This document shows, piece by piece, positions 61,586 to 64,000 of a stretch of 64,000 nucleotides of DNA. Source of the DNA: Phoronis australis (taxonomy: Eukaryota > Animalia > Phoronida); the NCBI GenBank assembly GCA_002633005.1, contig NMRA01000537.1, positions 62,001 to 126,000 on the forward strand, in the 5' to 3' direction. Below the pieces are notes generated by a model. It made no database searches. It saw nothing but the letters and a program-made list of their open reading frames with translations, and was not told the DNA's origin. Every line of letters begins with the position of its first letter. Positions within the stretch are counted from its first letter, which is position 1. A program made the translations under genes and the position numbers.

Positions 61586-64000
61586 ATTCAAATATATTCT
61601 TAAATGCACTTGGGATTATTTTTGGAAAATTGCTTGCTTCACTGGCATGCCTCATACTATGATGCCGACCTCAGATGTGGAGTGCGATCACAAACGATAA
61701 TCTGCCGTCAATATCCATCTTATCAGACAGCTATTTGTCGAATGACTGAGTGCATGCGCGCATTTATCATAAAGGGGGTAGATTAGAAATTGTCTGGTGA
61801 ATACGGAGTTTTTCGTTCCAAAAATCGTCAATTTGTGAATTTTTTCAAGAAATTCCCTCACAGGTGAAAGCAAATAACATTGTAGCAGACGTTGCGAGAT
61901 GGTGTTTTTGTCAGGCAATGTTAAAAAGATATTTTTGACGAGCTTTCGCGTTCCATTCCTCTTTAACATGTGGATGTCGTTTCTGAACGTAGACTCTACT
62001 ACGAGGCCGCCAGATCCGCTGTTTCTCACGAATAAGAATTTCGTGTAAGGTACATTCCTCCCAGCTGAAGTTGTCCTTGTACTGCTACGATTGTAGGCCG
62101 ATCACGTGACGTCTTTGCCATTCTACAGAGTCATTCTCACAAAACAGGATCCAAACTCTTGCAAATCATTTTTTTAGAAACAGGAATTTCAAATTTTGCA
62201 TATTGTCAGTTTTATGTTTTGAGCAAAAACTGACGTTGAAGGTTTTTTGATGCTCATGTTTTCGCAACGTCCCTGCGGTTTTCCCGACGCTCGTTGAATT
62301 TAATTCAAGGAAGCACGTGGAGCGGTGATTTGTTTTTAAGTATGGCCTGGTGGAGCTGACTACACAGTCTAATTACCGGAAAAGTCTTGAAACTATAAAG
62401 GCAATCACTTTTACAGTATATGGCCTGGAAATGCCCCNCAATTTGATGCGCCTTTACAAATTGAAAAACATTCTATTGATTATAACTGCCGAGCGCAAAA
62501 TCGACTCACTGCCGAAAAAAACTTGATAACCAGCGATTAACTATCTTCTCGCAGCACGCGCTATGGTATTTGTTCGTAATAAAATTTTCAAGTTCATGCA
62601 GAGTTTTAGGACCCTCGATCAAGGAAAAACATATTGGGAAAGTATGAGGCCCGTTTCGGAGAAAATCACCCTGTTGCGACATCAAACCCAGCGCAACACT
62701 TCGTCTTAATAATGGTAACCAGCATAAGGTATTTAGGCCATAGACCTAATTCACGCGACGGACATTAAAATCCAAAGCGCGGCTCACTGCGATAAACAAA
62801 GCGGAAGATGACATAGCATGAGTTAAATGGCCGGTCTTTCGAGTCCAAGCTGGATATTAAATCTTCAAAATGTGTCGATAATTAACCACAGAGACGTAGA
62901 AAAATACATTATAGAACAAATCAATGCACCAAAGAGTTGTCTGACGATAGGGTATAAGTTTTTTTTCGGAAAACAAGGTTCGAGACATGAAAAGTAAATG
63001 TGACCAAATTGCGGCGATCGCAGTGTTACGGATTGGGTATCATGCTGAATGCAGGGTTACGTTTCTTCTTGTAAATTGTTGATAAAAATGCTTTCTACAC
63101 GAACCAGGCCATCTGCTCGTACTGTTGACGAGTTGAAGATATATTCGACAGTGGTGACTCATCGCATTTTTCTGCCATGTGTAATTAGTCTCGTCTGGTT
63201 GAATTTGTTGATAAAGAATATTAACATCAAGCATATAGCCTAGGTTGTGGTGAGGTAGGGGCTACCGGGACAAACAGTTGGTTTGTCATTGATCTGAAAG
63301 GATAATTGATGTTATTAAATATATTTTTTATTAAAATAAAAAACCAGGCTCGTATTTGAAAATCAAAATTATTTGACCATCAATTCTGCTTTCTTGGTTT
63401 TAATAATTCTTACGTCTATTTCATGTGTTACGTTTCGAATATCTTCTGGACCAAGTTGAATTTTAAAATTAAAACACCTAATTCGTTCGTCCAAAGCATA
63501 ACCTCGTTTTAGAGCTCAGTTTCAGTTAACTGGACACAGCAAGCATAGTTATCATGTTTCCTCATGGGCCTCGCTCATCCGAGGGGAAAGGTGTCTGTGC
63601 CTTCTGAGAGGGAGAATTTTTTCGCCGAGTGAGGGGAAAAATCTACATGTACCTCCCGATCACCATCAATAGCACCCCCGCCCTGTTGCAAGCTCTCATA
63701 GGTTCTGTCTCAAGTAGCATTTTTTGTTCTTTCAAATTGTCACCTGTGTGGTTACAGGTGATTTTAACTCCAGAGATAATTTTTTAATCACTATGGGAAT
63801 TTTTAGGCCTCGTGGGGGAATTTCCGCATGTCGCGTGGTTTTTCAAATAATTTTGAGAGGGGAATAGGGCCGATATTCGGCTCCAAAATAGAGGGATTGA
63901 GGGCCCTGTCCTGTTTGGAAAGAAAAATGCATCGTGTTTCAACTCGTAGTCATGAAAACATAGCCTGGCTGCGACCGAAGATTCTCCGGTCGTAATTGCT

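Noticed and set aside
59950-62060. Candidate upstream coding exons for the DUF229 gene (donors near 59958, 61861, 62029)
   Set aside because: None gives an ATG-initiated phase-0 frame matching the acceptor at 59565.

Overview
Intron-rich, AT-rich animal genomic DNA, most likely a marine invertebrate (inferred from gene content and repeat types); no prokaryotic operons, rRNA or CRISPR. Three protein-coding genes were reconstructed by hand from GT-AG splice sites and exon phases. (1) A 15-coding-exon AKNA-family microtubule-organising gene on + (8168-30448, about 1959 aa), with a candidate alternative first coding exon at 14148-14259. (2) Tail-to-tail with it on -, the small-RNA 2'-O-methyltransferase HEN1/HENMT1 (41338-33233, about 517 aa; the first micro-exon is less certain). 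(3) A DUF229-family alkaline-phosphatase/sulfatase-like type II membrane protein on - (57642-59564, one long exon; any upstream exon not found). The rest is a dense transposon fossil record: nested 9-bp-TSD Mutator-like elements, hAT-type MITEs with 8-, 6- and 5-bp TSDs, a decayed spliced hAT transposase upstream of HENMT1, two Merlin-like hairpin MITEs, Helentron/DINE-like repeats, tRNA-derived SINE heads and a Penelope-like remnant. I did not find a clearly new multi-gene system. The best leads are the Vasa-like EESWD C-terminus on HEN1, the possibly myristoylated AKNA isoform, an SxIP repeat array in AKNA, the hAT fossil and its MITEs in and around the piRNA methyltransferase gene, and possible ancient AKNA-HENMT1 linkage.
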